Shown here piece after piece: positions 8,420-18,593 of a stretch of DNA of 64,000 bases. Each line of letters begins with the position of its first letter. Position 1 is the first letter of the stretch. The notes beneath the pieces are model-generated. The model saw nothing but the letters and a program-made list of their open reading frames with translations. It was not told the DNA's origin and did no database searches. The translations under genes were made by a program, and so were the position numbers. This DNA is from Sedimentisphaerales bacterium (GTDB lineage: Bacteria; Planctomycetota; Phycisphaerae; Sedimentisphaerales; SM23-30), in the NCBI GenBank assembly GCA_963666285.1, contig OY762711.1; one strand, given 5' to 3'.

Positions 8420-10213
8420 ATGAGTCTTAAGGATTTACTTGATCTCGCATCAAAAGCAATTTCTAGAGGCACCCTTAAATATTATGGGCTTGAATATGTT
8501 TTATTTTTGTTTATTTTAATTGGTGGTCAAAATTCAGTTTTGTTTGCTGATCGTTCTGATGCAGTTTTATCATCTGCAGACAGTCAGAAGGGCAGTGTGA
8601 TTAATGTGCTGGATTTTGGTGCTGTGCCAAATGACGGGCAGAATGACCTGGAAGCGTTAAGGTTAGCATTAAAAGCATGTAAAGACTTTGACGCTCGTAT
8701 TCTGGTATTGCCGCCCGGACGTTATGTCCTGGCAGATGAGATGGCTCAGCATTTGCGAGATGATGTTTTGCATAGAAGATATGGGAATAACCCGCAAAAT
8801 TATATGTTTAATAGAGACTTGGATTATGTAGTTGGTCTCGATTTTACAGGAATTAAGAATTTAACCATCAATGGTTATGGAGCTGAATTATATTGTGATG
8901 GATGGATGGAGACTATTGTTCTGGCGAATGCTCAAAATATAGTTATGAATGGGATTACTGTTGATAATAAACGTCCGGCAAATAGTGTTGGAGAGATAAT
9001 TCAGGTTGGTGAAGATTTTGTTGATGTTAAATTCTTTGATTGGTGTCCGGTGTTTGATGGTATAAATTTTTGCCGATTTATGGTTTACGATGATGATTTA
9101 GGCAGAATTGCAGGTGGGTGCATCAGTTGCAATGACTGGAAAATTGTTGCACCGCAAACCATGAGAATGAAGTCGCAAAGTGATCTTCTTGAAAAGGGAA
9201 GAAAGCTTCTGTGCTGGCACTGTTTTCATTTCAGGCCGGCTATTCTAATTTATAATTCATTGAATATAACGCTTTCTGATGTTAGTATTTATGCTCATCC
9301 AGGGATGGGGATTGTAGGGCATTTGTCAGAAAATATTGAGTTGAATCACCTTAGAATAATACCTCGTTCCGGGAGGTATATTTCAACCAATACAGATGCA
9401 ACCCATTTTGCTTCATGTTATGGATTTTTACGTTTTAATGAATGTGAATTTGGCGGGCAGGGAGATGATGCGACAAATGTGCATAATTATTATAAACAGA
9501 TAGCAAGTGAACCAGTTAATAATACCTGTATGATTGATACATTGCGCAGCTATGATTTACATTCGATGCGAATGGACTATCCTCGCGATGGAGATGTTTT
9601 TGCGGTTGTGAAAAGAAAGACTTTGGAAGAAGTAGGATATATTCAAGTTGAATCGGTCGATATTGATTTTGATAAATGGAAGACAACGATAACTTATAAG
9701 GGTAATATTCCATTTGATTATAAGGATTATTATCTTGCTGATATCAGTGCATTGCCAATGCTGACTTTCAGAAATTGCAAAGTTGACTCGCATCGTGCCA
9801 GGTCAGTTTTGTGTAAAACACGTAATGTAATAATTGAAGGCAATGTATTTAATGGCTGCACAGGTACCGCTATTCATATTGGTGCTGAAGGGCACTGGAT
9901 GGAGGGGGCAACATCAAAGAATGTGATTGTTAGGAATAATCAATTTAATAATTGCGGTTTTGCAGATGGTACAATTAATGGTGCATCTGCCGTTTCAATT
10001 CATGTTGCTGCTGAAGATGTCACAGTACCAGGGCTGCATAAGAATATTATCATTGAAAACAATGATATAAATGGAGGATATTACGGTATTTCTGTCAGCA
10101 GTGCTGAAAACGTACTGATATCAAATAATAATTTTAGAAATATACGTAAAGATAATGTTAAGGTAGATTATTCAAATATGGTAAAAATATATGAGAATAC
10201 AATATCTCAATGA
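8420..10213 (+). CDS. Right-handed beta-helix glycoside hydrolase, GH110 (alpha-galactosidase)-like
   Basis: VLDFGAVPND start, TDATHF, GQGDDATNVH acidic motif, PbH1 repeats; the exact start is uncertain. Confidence 0.8.
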   Translation: MSLKDLLDLASKAISRGTLKYYGLEYVLFLFILIGGQNSVLFADRSDAVLSSADSQKGSVINVLDFGAVPNDGQNDLEALRLALKACKDFDARILVLPPGRYVLADEMAQHLRDDVLHRRYGNNPQNYMFNRDLDYVVGLDFTGIKNLTINGYGAELYCDGWMETIVLANAQNIVMNGITVDNKRPANSVGEIIQVGEDFVDVKFFDWCPVFDGINFCRFMVYDDDLGRIAGGCISCNDWKIVAPQTMRMKSQSDLLEKGRKLLCWHCFHFRPAILIYNSLNITLSDVSIYAHPGMGIVGHLSENIELNHLRIIPRSGRYISTNTDATHFASCYGFLRFNECEFGGQGDDATNVHNYYKQIASEPVNNTCMIDTLRSYDLHSMRMDYPRDGDVFAVVKRKTLEEVGYIQVESVDIDFDKWKTTITYKGNIPFDYKDYYLADISALPMLTFRNCKVDSHRARSVLCKTRNVIIEGNVFNGCTGTAIHIGAEGHWMEGATSKNVIVRNNQFNNCGFADGTINGASAVSIHVAAEDVTVPGLHKNIIIENNDINGGYYGISVSSAENVLISNNNFRNIRKDNVKVDYSNMVKIYENTISQ

Positions 10214-10216
10214 CGG

Positions 10217-10314
10217 CTTATGTTTCGTTTCAATTCAGAGTGTTGCAGGGAGGTCTTTTAGGCGATTGGCCAAGGGGGAATTTGTTATTGCAACTTAAAA
10301 ACTGCGAAAATTAG
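10217..10314 (+). repeat. Dispersed MITE-like repeat, copy B (3' part)
   Basis: GTGTTGCAGGGAGGTCTTTTAGGCGA...TTGCAACTTAAAAACTGCGAAAA. Confidence 0.8.
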
Positions 10315-10355
10315 CGGTCACAAGAGAGGTTGGCACTAATTCCAATATATTAATT

Positions 10356-12509
10356 CTATAAATTAGTTGGGATCCATCCTGTATTGGAAAAATATTCATA
10401 TTTATTTCCATTTATTTTACATATAGTGCCATCAGAGAATATGGGTTTGGCAGGTATAGATTCAGTATGAACGCTACCTTTAATAAACTCAATCTTGTTA
10501 TTGTTTAATTTAACCGAACCGTAGAAAAGAATGCTGCCTTCGGACATTTCAAAAGATGGAGTAACAGCAGTCCAAATGTTGTTTTTAGAGTTTATGTCCA
10601 TGGCAGCCTGTTCATCGTCAGATACAACGGTTGAGAGTTTGTACGAGCAATAAATATTTGCATCGAAAACTACTTGTTCACCGTTAACCAGATTATTGAA
10701 GGTTTGTTTGCCGGCAGAATTATTTTCAAAAGACACTTTAAATGGTGCTGATTTTGAAGCTACAATTCCCTTAACCTGGGATTTTGCCTTTAGTTCTTTT
10801 TCGGTTTCATCAATGAGCGTAATTAAAATATATTTGCCACAATTATCAATTGTAGTGATATCCGTGGTGAATTGGTCAATAATACTGTCAGTTAAATTTA
10901 ACTTAAATTTATAAAAAGAGTAGTCTTTAAGATATTTGAAAATAGTATTATCGTTTGAATCTCTAGCCAGGGTTAAAGGAGAATGAAGTTTGTTGTCGGA
11001 CATCGTGGTGTCGAAAAAGATATTGGCACCTTTATCGATAAGATATTTTACAAGGTCTAGTTTACCGCAGTATACAGCCCAGTGTAGAGCTGACCCTAAT
11101 GTTTTATTACAGATATTGATATCAGCATTATTTTTCAGCAGGAAGTCCATGGCCTCGTAACTTGAATTCATAGAAGCCATAATAAATGGCGGTATGCAAT
11201 TATTGTCGCTAACGTTTATTGAAGCATTATATTCGATCAGAAGTCTCATTAAGCTGATATTGTTGTTAAAAGAAGCTATGCCAAGCGGACTATGACCTTG
11301 CGAAGTTACAGGATTGACATCGCAATAATTTTCAAGGAGTAAAGAGGTAATATCCATATCTCCACGTGATACAGCAAAATGTATTGGCATCCATCTATTG
11401 TTATCAGTATAGTTTATATCTGCATTTTGGGAGAGCAGGATGCGGACATGTATAGTATTACCTTTCTGGCAGGCTAATAATAGTGCCGCAGATTTATCAT
11501 TTGGGTTTATCCCGTTTTCCTTGATAAAAGAGTTTAGTTCATCAATATCCTTTGGGGGGAAGAGGTGGGCATCACTGCTTTCTTCTGGGATATTTGCGAT
11601 TTTGACGGGTATTTCACTCTTTTTTTCAGTTGTTTTATTTCTAATGGTATGAGAAGTAGTGTCAATAGTTTCATTTAATGACGCGACTCTTTTTTTTGCA
11701 GTTTCATTGCCCTGATCTGCAGATTTCTGATACCAGATTAATGCTTGAGAAATATTTTTGGTGACACCGTATCCAGTTTCATAGTAATATCCTAAAACAA
11801 CCTGCCCGAACTGGTTATCATTATCGGCAGATTTTCTGAGCCATTGAACAGCTTTTGCAATGTCCTTATCAGTACCTTGTCCTTTTTCATACATCATGCC
11901 AAGAAAAAACTGGGCATATCCAACTTCCTGTTCTGCCGCTTTTGTGAACCATTTGAAGGCTTCGTCATTGTTTTGTAGAATATCTTGCCCGCTATAGAAA
12001 AGCAGCCCAAGAGATAATTGGGCAGAAGAATTGCCATTTTCAGCAGATTTTTTATACCATTGAACAGCAGTTGTGATATTTTTTTCGACCCCGTCACCAT
12101 TTTCATATTTTGAAGCAACCAGGGCTTGAGCGGCAGCGTTACCGTTTCGAGCTTTTTCTAATAAAAGATTAAACTCATCTTTTGCCGAGGTGAGTGAATT
12201 TATTACCGTATCACCTATTTTTGGTGTTTGTTCTGGGGTATACATTCTGCCAACAGATTCTTCAGGCTCGACATAGATAATGGTCATTTTGCCGATATAA
12301 AGATTTTCCCGGATAATATATAAAATCATGTTTTCTTTGATTCCGGAAGAAGACCCGGCAGAAATAGCGGCGTTATTGTTATCCATTTCAGTGATTTTAG
12401 CAATAATAGCAGCATCCGAGATATTTATATCTGTCTGATCTGCGAAGCTAAAATGAACGGCAGTGCTTAAAAATATGACCAATAATAATTTTAGTTTTAA
12501 ACCATACAT
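10356..12509 (-). CDS. Secreted Sel1-like repeat + ankyrin repeat protein
   Basis: About 4 Sel1 repeats (AQ..LG..Y..G.G...AV.W..KSA) followed by about 5 ankyrin repeats (PIHFAV, SPLGIAS, SALHWAV). Confidence 0.9.
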   Translation of the reverse strand: MYGLKLKLLLVIFLSTAVHFSFADQTDINISDAAIIAKITEMDNNNAAISAGSSSGIKENMILYIIRENLYIGKMTIIYVEPEESVGRMYTPEQTPKIGDTVINSLTSAKDEFNLLLEKARNGNAAAQALVASKYENGDGVEKNITTAVQWYKKSAENGNSSAQLSLGLLFYSGQDILQNNDEAFKWFTKAAEQEVGYAQFFLGMMYEKGQGTDKDIAKAVQWLRKSADNDNQFGQVVLGYYYETGYGVTKNISQALIWYQKSADQGNETAKKRVASLNETIDTTSHTIRNKTTEKKSEIPVKIANIPEESSDAHLFPPKDIDELNSFIKENGINPNDKSAALLLACQKGNTIHVRILLSQNADINYTDNNRWMPIHFAVSRGDMDITSLLLENYCDVNPVTSQGHSPLGIASFNNNISLMRLLIEYNASINVSDNNCIPPFIMASMNSSYEAMDFLLKNNADINICNKTLGSALHWAVYCGKLDLVKYLIDKGANIFFDTTMSDNKLHSPLTLARDSNDNTIFKYLKDYSFYKFKLNLTDSIIDQFTTDITTIDNCGKYILITLIDETEKELKAKSQVKGIVASKSAPFKVSFENNSAGKQTFNNLVNGEQVVFDANIYCSYKLSTVVSDDEQAAMDINSKNNIWTAVTPSFEMSEGSILFYGSVKLNNNKIEFIKGSVHTESIPAKPIFSDGTICKINGNKYEYFSNTGWIPTNL

Positions 12510-12680
12510 ATCAAATTTCTCGTTAGAGTAATAAATAAATCAAACTGACTGATGTTCAATTTGCCTGGCATAAGAGATCGGGCTTTTTAAGGCTGACCTT
12601 CGATATAATGTGTTGAAGCCGCAAAGCGGCATGCTTATTAAAAATGTAATATAACAGGTTATATTAAAATATGTTATGGC

Positions 12681-12876
12681 AGGTGCGGCATCGCACTTTT
12701 GACTGTTCAACATTACAGGCAAAGTCCGGAACAGAGCCAATTAAGTGAAAAATTAAGGTGTTTGACTATCCTTCGACTAGCTCAGAACAGATCGTCTCAC
12801 GCTTTGTTTAAACCATAAGCGTTGCAGGAAGTGCCTTTTAGGCGATTATTGCAACTTAAAAACTGTGAAAGTAAAC
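12681..12876 (+). repeat. Dispersed MITE-like repeat, copy C
   Basis: AGGTGCGGCATCGCACTTTTGACTGTTCAA...GCGTTGCAGGAAG...GCAACTTAAAAACTGTGAAAG. Confidence 0.8.
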
Positions 12877-13059
12877 GACAGTATAAAAATACCAATCGGC
12901 ACTTTGATTAAATAAGATAATATCCAAATAACAAGGAGATATTACCAAAAAACAGTCATCCAGCCAATAATAAAATTCTACCGGCATAAAAGTAGTCATA
13001 TTGATAGTGGAGAAAGAATAGAGATTAGAATCGAGAGATACCATCGGGTATGGTATTAA

Positions 13060-13100
13060 TAAAAATTGCCGCAGCATGGGACAAGCCCAATACTGCGGCT
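13060..13100 (-). terminator. Intrinsic terminator downstream of amtB-glnK
   Basis: GCCGCAG..TGGG/CCCA..CTGCGGC hairpin with a U-tract on the minus strand; a second perfect hairpin GTGGTGAGATC/GATCTCACCAC lies at about 13259-13287. Confidence 0.65.
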
Positions 13101-13306
13101 ATGCGATGTGCATTTGTTTAGGGAGTTGGTTTGTTTTGATTCAAGAACTAAGAGAAGAGTTATGGTGTCAACAATGTCGACTCAGATTAAATAATGCTAT
13201 CGCATAAATAGTTATATCTTTTACTCTTAGCTCTTTTCAATTGTTATTTTGTGGAGGTGTGGTGAGATCAAACAACGATCTCACCACGCATGAAATTTAA
13301 TAATGA

Positions 13307-13648
13307 TTAACCAATTGCATCACTGCCTTCTTCGCCAGTTCTGATTCTCACACAACGAGTAACCGGCAGAACGAAGATTTTACCGTCGCCAATTTCCCCG
13401 GTGCGAGCACCTTCGATGATGGCGTTTACAGTAGATTCAACGAATTTTTCGTTAACAGCGATTTCAATTCTTATTTTTTTGAGCAGGTTAACTTCGATAT
13501 CAACGCCACGGTAAGATTCGTGGTAGCCCATTTGCTGGCCGCAGCCTAAGGCAGTAGTGACTGACATTTTCCTGATGTCGGCCTTATATAGAGCCTGCTT
13601 GACATCGTTAAGTTTTTCCGGCTGTATGTAAGCAATTACAAGATTCAT
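13307..13648 (-). CDS. glnK: Nitrogen regulatory protein P-II
   Basis: G.G.Q.G..E.YRG T-loop, [17 protein letters not shown]; adjacent to amtB. Confidence 0.95.
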   Translation of the reverse strand: MNLVIAYIQPEKLNDVKQALYKADIRKMSVTTALGCGQQMGYHESYRGVDIEVNLLKKIRIEIAVNEKFVESTVNAIIEGARTGEIGDGKIFVLPVTRCVRIRTGEEGSDAIG

Positions 13649-13721
13649 AATATATGTTCTCCATTATTTAGAGTTTACTGTTAAATTTAATGTTTCTTTT
13701 GTCAGTTGTCATTTTATCTGA

Positions 13722-15095
13722 TTACTGATTAAGGAACAACTGGAATCCTGAGTACGCTTCATTACCATGTTCGCTGATATCAAGACCCTTAACTTCTTCA
13801 TCGTGAGAGACTCTCAGGCCGACAGTGAACTTAATAATGTTGAACAGAAGCATACCACAACCGAAAGCCCATATAAACATAGCGCCTACGCCAACCAGCT
13901 GAGTCATAAGCTGTGGGCCAACTGCGATAGCATCCCTCTGGAAGAATACAAGGGCGATAGTACCCCAAGCACCACAAACACCGTGAACACTTACAGCACC
14001 AACAGGATCGTCGATTTTCAATACCTTATCGATAAATTCAACACTTAATACAACCAGTACACCAGCAACGGCACCGATGATAATAGCACCACCGAAAGTT
14101 ACACTGTCACAACCAGCAGTGATAGCAACCAGACCAGCAAGAGCACCATTTAAGCTCATACCAGTGTCAGGTTTGCCAAAACGGATCCAGCTAGTGAACA
14201 AGCCCATGATAGCACCAGCAGCGGCAGCCAGGTTAGTAGTTACAGCAATGTAACCAAGTGCACCCGGTCCGGAACCTACTGAAGTAGTAGAACCAGGGTT
14301 AAAACCGAACCAACCGAACCACAGGATGAATACACCAAGAGCAGCCAGTGGAATGTTGTGACCCTGGATAGCACGGCTCTTGCCGTCAGGACCATATTTA
14401 CCAATACGAGGACCAAGAGTTATAGCACCAGCTAGAGCTAACCAAGCACCACAGCTATGTACAACAGTTGAACCGGCAAAGTCCATTAAGCATAATCCAT
14501 CTTCACCTTCAGGTGTAAACCATGTTATATTCTCTAACCATCCAGAGCTAGGTCCAAACAAGCTAGCCCAAGCCCAGTGACCACTGATAGGGTAGATTAT
14601 ACCGCAAATAACTACACTATAGATCAGGTAGCTGGTAAATTTAGTACGGCCAGCCATAGCACCTGAAACAATAGTTGCAGCAGTACCGGCAAATACACAC
14701 TGGAAAATAAAGAATACAAATCCAAGACCTGAATCACTGAAGTCTTGAGTTGCAAAATGAGAGCCGCCAATGAAAGAACCGCCGGCACCAAACATAAGGC
14801 CGAAGCCCAGAACCCACCACATGATAGAACCGATGGAGAAGTCCATGAGGTTTTTCATCATGATGTTACAGGCATTTTTTGCCCTGGTGAAGCCAGCTTC
14901 AACCATGGCGAAACCAGGCTGCATGAAGAAAACCAGGAAGGCTGCCAAAGCAGTCCATAAAATGTCCATGTTTGTCTGAAGTTCAGCCTGAACTTTTTCC
15001 AGATCAGAAGGATCACCTTCCTGAGCTGCAGCAAAGCTGCATAGGCCTGCTACTATTAACGCTACTAATGTCTTACCACCTTTTGGAATTCGCAT
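13722..15095 (-). CDS. amtB: Ammonium transporter
   Basis: FFMQPGFAMVE, DFAGSTVVH, LWFGWFGFN, DDPVGAVSVHG. Confidence 0.97.
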   Translation of the reverse strand: MRIPKGGKTLVALIVAGLCSFAAAQEGDPSDLEKVQAELQTNMDILWTALAAFLVFFMQPGFAMVEAGFTRAKNACNIMMKNLMDFSIGSIMWWVLGFGLMFGAGGSFIGGSHFATQDFSDSGLGFVFFIFQCVFAGTAATIVSGAMAGRTKFTSYLIYSVVICGIIYPISGHWAWASLFGPSSGWLENITWFTPEGEDGLCLMDFAGSTVVHSCGAWLALAGAITLGPRIGKYGPDGKSRAIQGHNIPLAALGVFILWFGWFGFNPGSTTSVGSGPGALGYIAVTTNLAAAAGAIMGLFTSWIRFGKPDTGMSLNGALAGLVAITAGCDSVTFGGAIIIGAVAGVLVVLSVEFIDKVLKIDDPVGAVSVHGVCGAWGTIALVFFQRDAIAVGPQLMTQLVGVGAMFIWAFGCGMLLFNIIKFTVGLRVSHDEEVKGLDISEHGNEAYSGFQLFLNQ

Positions 15096-15181
15096 ATTAC
15101 TGTTTCCTTTCCATTAAGAAAAATGTTCTGTGAAATACACAACGCTATTAAATTTTTATCGCGGCGATACGCCCTATCATA

Positions 15182-15197
15182 TGCACAATGCGTGCCA
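15182..15197 (-). promoter_or_regulatory. Sigma-54 (-24/-12) promoter of amtB-glnK
   Basis: Minus strand TGGCACGCATTGTGCA = GG-N10-GC, about 90 bp upstream of amtB. Confidence 0.8.
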
Positions 15198-15560
15198 AAA
15201 GTGTAGTAGAAATTTTAAGTGTTTATTTAGTAATAAATTATGTAAGAAAAATTATTTTTTCATTAAAAACATATTTGATTTTCCGCCTATTGCAAGTTAC
15301 AAAAATGTAACCAAGTCCAATAAAAATACTAAAAAAGACACATTTGTTGCGATAATTGGCACATTTTGTTAGTAAGTGGTAAAGAAAATACAGATAGAAT
15401 AAAGTCAGGATAGTATGACATGGGTTCATCAATTCTGCTATATACAAGCAGCCATTATTGCTATAATCTTTTATGTTGTGTAATAGTGGTATGAATGATA
15501 TAATATTTGACCTTTTGTTTGTGCGTAAATGTATATTTGACTTGGATTAAAAAAAGATTT

Positions 15561-16319
15561 ATGAATAAATTTGCAGTAATATCTGATTTGCATTCAAACC
15601 TTGAAGCACTGACGGCAGTGTTTGAGGAGATTGATAGAAGAGGCATAAAAGAGGTATTTTGTCTTGGTGATATAGTTGGTTATGGACCTGATCCAATAGC
15701 ATGCCTGGATATGATAATTGATCGCCAAGTGATTACTACTATGGGTAATCACGACCAGGCCGCCTTTTATGAGCCGACAAACTTTAATGCCGGAGCAGAG
15801 CGAGCAGCATACTGGGTTCGTCAATGCCTGGAAGAAGACCCTGATAAAGAAAAGCGAAATAAACGCTGGGCTTTTCTCGGCAGACTTCCGGTTAGATTAC
15901 AAATGGGTGATATGTTAATGCTGCATGGTTCGCCCAGAAAACCAGTGACCGAATATATATTTCCAGACGATGCCTATAATAATTCAACCAAGCTGTTGAG
16001 TATATTTGAGCGAGTAGAACATTTATGTTTTGTCGGTCATACACATGTGCCGGGAGTGTTTTTTGAAGATCCGGACTTTTACGCTGCTGAAGAGATAGAT
16101 TATGAATATCTAATTCGAGAGGACGAAAAAGCGATAATTAATGTCGGTAGTGTGGGTCAGAGCCGCGATCAGGATACCAGGACGAGTTTTGTAATAGTAG
16201 ATGATAAAAAGATTGAGTTTGTTCGTCTTGAATATGACCTGGAAACGACAGTTAACAAGATATTGAATAATCCGCACCTAGATGATTTTGAGGGTCTGAG
16301 GCTGCGGGATGGAAGATGA
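15561..16319 (+). CDS. Metallophosphoesterase (calcineurin-like, YfcE/MJ0912 type)
   Basis: SDLHSN, LGDIVGYGP, GNHD, HGSP, GHTH, NVGSVG. Confidence 0.9.
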   Translation: MNKFAVISDLHSNLEALTAVFEEIDRRGIKEVFCLGDIVGYGPDPIACLDMIIDRQVITTMGNHDQAAFYEPTNFNAGAERAAYWVRQCLEEDPDKEKRNKRWAFLGRLPVRLQMGDMLMLHGSPRKPVTEYIFPDDAYNNSTKLLSIFERVEHLCFVGHTHVPGVFFEDPDFYAAEEIDYEYLIREDEKAIINVGSVGQSRDQDTRTSFVIVDDKKIEFVRLEYDLETTVNKILNNPHLDDFEGLRLRDGR

Positions 16320-16376
16320 CGATTAAGTAGAAACGAAATAGTAAGAAGTCAAAAAATAAGAAGTTTCCCGAGTAAT

Positions 16377-16486
16377 CGGGATTTCGCTTTGCTTAACATC
16401 GCGTCTTATGCTTTGTTAAAATTCAAAGAGCTGCAGGAATGTCTTTTAAGTCAATTTATTCAACTTGAAAAGTGCGAGAGTTAACT
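16377..16486 (+). repeat. Dispersed MITE-like repeat, copy D (degenerate)
   Basis: GGGATTTCGCTTTGCTTAACATC shared with copy E; ends CAACTTGAAAAGTGCGAGAGTTAAC. Confidence 0.65.
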
Positions 16487-16543
16487 AAGCTAAGTACGAA
16501 AATAAGCTGCCGGTAATTGGCAGTAAGAAGGAATACAATATTT

Positions 16544-18535
16544 ATGGATTGGAAGCGATATTTATCAACAATGTCTTTTGCCTGCCTGGTGGTAGCCGGA
16601 TTTCTTGTGTTTTCGAGTATGAACTCAAAGGATAAAGCAGGCCAGGAAACACCACAGGAAGTTGAGACGAAGCAGGTCAGCCAGGAGTCTGAATCTGGAG
16701 AGAAGAATGAAGCACCTCAACTAGTAAGTGTTGAATCCCAGGATAAGGATCTTCATCTAGGGATAGTTGAGACAGGCGAAAGTGTAGATGAAACATATGA
16801 GCTTGGTTCTGTAACAGATGAGAATTACAAGGCCTTGATCACATTTGATAAATCGACAGCCTCTATTACATCGGTTAAAATAAATGGATATAAATATAAG
16901 GTAAACGATAAGGATTTTGGTTATCCGCTATTGAATACCAGTAAGAGTATAACCGGTGAGATCTGGCATTCTTTTATGCTGGACCGGATAATAATCGATG
17001 GTATTGATAAAAAATTTGACCTGAAAAAGAACTGCTGGACGGTACTGGAAAAGAGTGATGATCAGATAAGCTTTTCAGCGACTATTTATAATGGCGAAGA
17101 AAAGTATCTCGATGTTATCAAAACATTCAGGTGGGAGCCTGGAAATTATGAGATGGACTTTTTTGTAAAGTTTGTTAACTATACCGATCAGGCGTTGAAT
17201 ATAAGTCGGGTTGGTATGTCTGGTCCGACCGGGGTATTGCGTGAAGATACCAGGAGTGACAGGCGAAATGTATTTCTTGGTTTCTACAATGAGAAGAACA
17301 ATTTCGAAACTGTTTTAGCCAATCCTGCCAAAGTTAAAAAAGATGGAATGCAAAAGATTGAGACTTCTGATAATAGATTCTTGCACTGGTTTGCATATGG
17401 CAATAAGTTTTTTACGGCGATTGTAAGGCCTATGCCTAGGAGCGAAGAAAGCCAGGTGGCGGCTTATATCTCAAACCAGGTCAGTCTGAAGACAACTAAG
17501 TTGAATAGCGGTCCGGAAAGATATGTAGGGGAGCTGGATGACCTGATACCTTATACAGAGTTTGTCCCAGGGACGATAGAGAAGGCCGAAAAGAGCGAAT
17601 TTGATTTTAAGGTTTACCTCGGACCTATTGATAAGGAGCTGTTTGAGCAGGCACCATTTGCGGCAAATCATTATGATGCAACAGCAAAAGGTCCTTCATG
17701 TTCGGTGTGTACATTTGGCTGGCTTAACACGATATTGTTCAAGCTGATGCAATACTGTCATTTTGTAACACGCAATTATGGAATATCGATAATCTTCCTG
17801 GTGTTTTTGGTACGGCTTGCCCTTCATCCTATTACCAAGAAGAGCCAGATCAATATGCATAAGATGAGTAAGCTTGGTCCTAAGATGGAAGAGATCAAGA
17901 AGAAATACGGAGATAACCAGAAAGAATTGCAGCGTCAGATGTCTCTGGCTTACAAGGAGATAGGTTTTAATCCGCTAATGGGTTGTTTGCCGATGCTATT
18001 GCAGATGCCGATCTGGATAGCTTTGTATACCTCAGTTGACTCAAATATCGGTCTGAGACATGAAGGTCTGTTTCCGGCCGGATTTCCGTGGCTGAATGAT
18101 TTGTCGGCACCTGACAGGCTGATTCCATTTACTTTGTTTGGAGTTGAGAATGGCTTTAACCTGCCGATATTTGGTAATGTGGATGCATTTAATATTTTGC
18201 CGATATTACTGACGATAGCAATGTTTTTCCAGTCAAAGGCATCTATGGCACAGAACCAGACAGCAACTATGACACCTGAGCAGGCCCAGCAGCAGAAACT
18301 GATGATGTATATGATGCCAGGTATGATGCTTCTGTTTTTCTATACAGCACCTTCCGGTTTGAACCTTTATATTATGGCAAGTACATTTGCCGGTCTGATA
18401 GAGCAGAAGCGTATCAAACAGCACCTGAAAGAGCAGGAAGCGGCTCAAAGTGTGGGCGTTGTGGAAGTGAAGGCGAAAGTGCTGAATAAGATGGGCGAGA
18501 AGAAAAAGAAACCGAGAGAGAAGTTCAGAAGATAA
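16544..18535 (+). CDS. yidC: Membrane protein insertase YidC
   Basis: N-terminal TM, large periplasmic domain, NYGISII, GCLPMLLQMPIW, WLNDLSAPD, PSGLNLY. Confidence 0.96.
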   Translation: MDWKRYLSTMSFACLVVAGFLVFSSMNSKDKAGQETPQEVETKQVSQESESGEKNEAPQLVSVESQDKDLHLGIVETGESVDETYELGSVTDENYKALITFDKSTASITSVKINGYKYKVNDKDFGYPLLNTSKSITGEIWHSFMLDRIIIDGIDKKFDLKKNCWTVLEKSDDQISFSATIYNGEEKYLDVIKTFRWEPGNYEMDFFVKFVNYTDQALNISRVGMSGPTGVLREDTRSDRRNVFLGFYNEKNNFETVLANPAKVKKDGMQKIETSDNRFLHWFAYGNKFFTAIVRPMPRSEESQVAAYISNQVSLKTTKLNSGPERYVGELDDLIPYTEFVPGTIEKAEKSEFDFKVYLGPIDKELFEQAPFAANHYDATAKGPSCSVCTFGWLNTILFKLMQYCHFVTRNYGISIIFLVFLVRLALHPITKKSQINMHKMSKLGPKMEEIKKKYGDNQKELQRQMSLAYKEIGFNPLMGCLPMLLQMPIWIALYTSVDSNIGLRHEGLFPAGFPWLNDLSAPDRLIPFTLFGVENGFNLPIFGNVDAFNILPILLTIAMFFQSKASMAQNQTATMTPEQAQQQKLMMYMMPGMMLLFFYTAPSGLNLYIMASTFAGLIEQKRIKQHLKEQEAAQSVGVVEVKAKVLNKMGEKKKKPREKFRR

Positions 18536-18593
18536 ATCAAGGTTTTGAAAGCATCAGGCGGGTGAATATATTTACTTGTTCTTTATGTTAAAA

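Noticed and set aside
12856..13077. 73-aa minus-strand ORF after glnK
   Set aside because: Starts inside a terminator hairpin, ends in a repeat copy, no RBS or motifs
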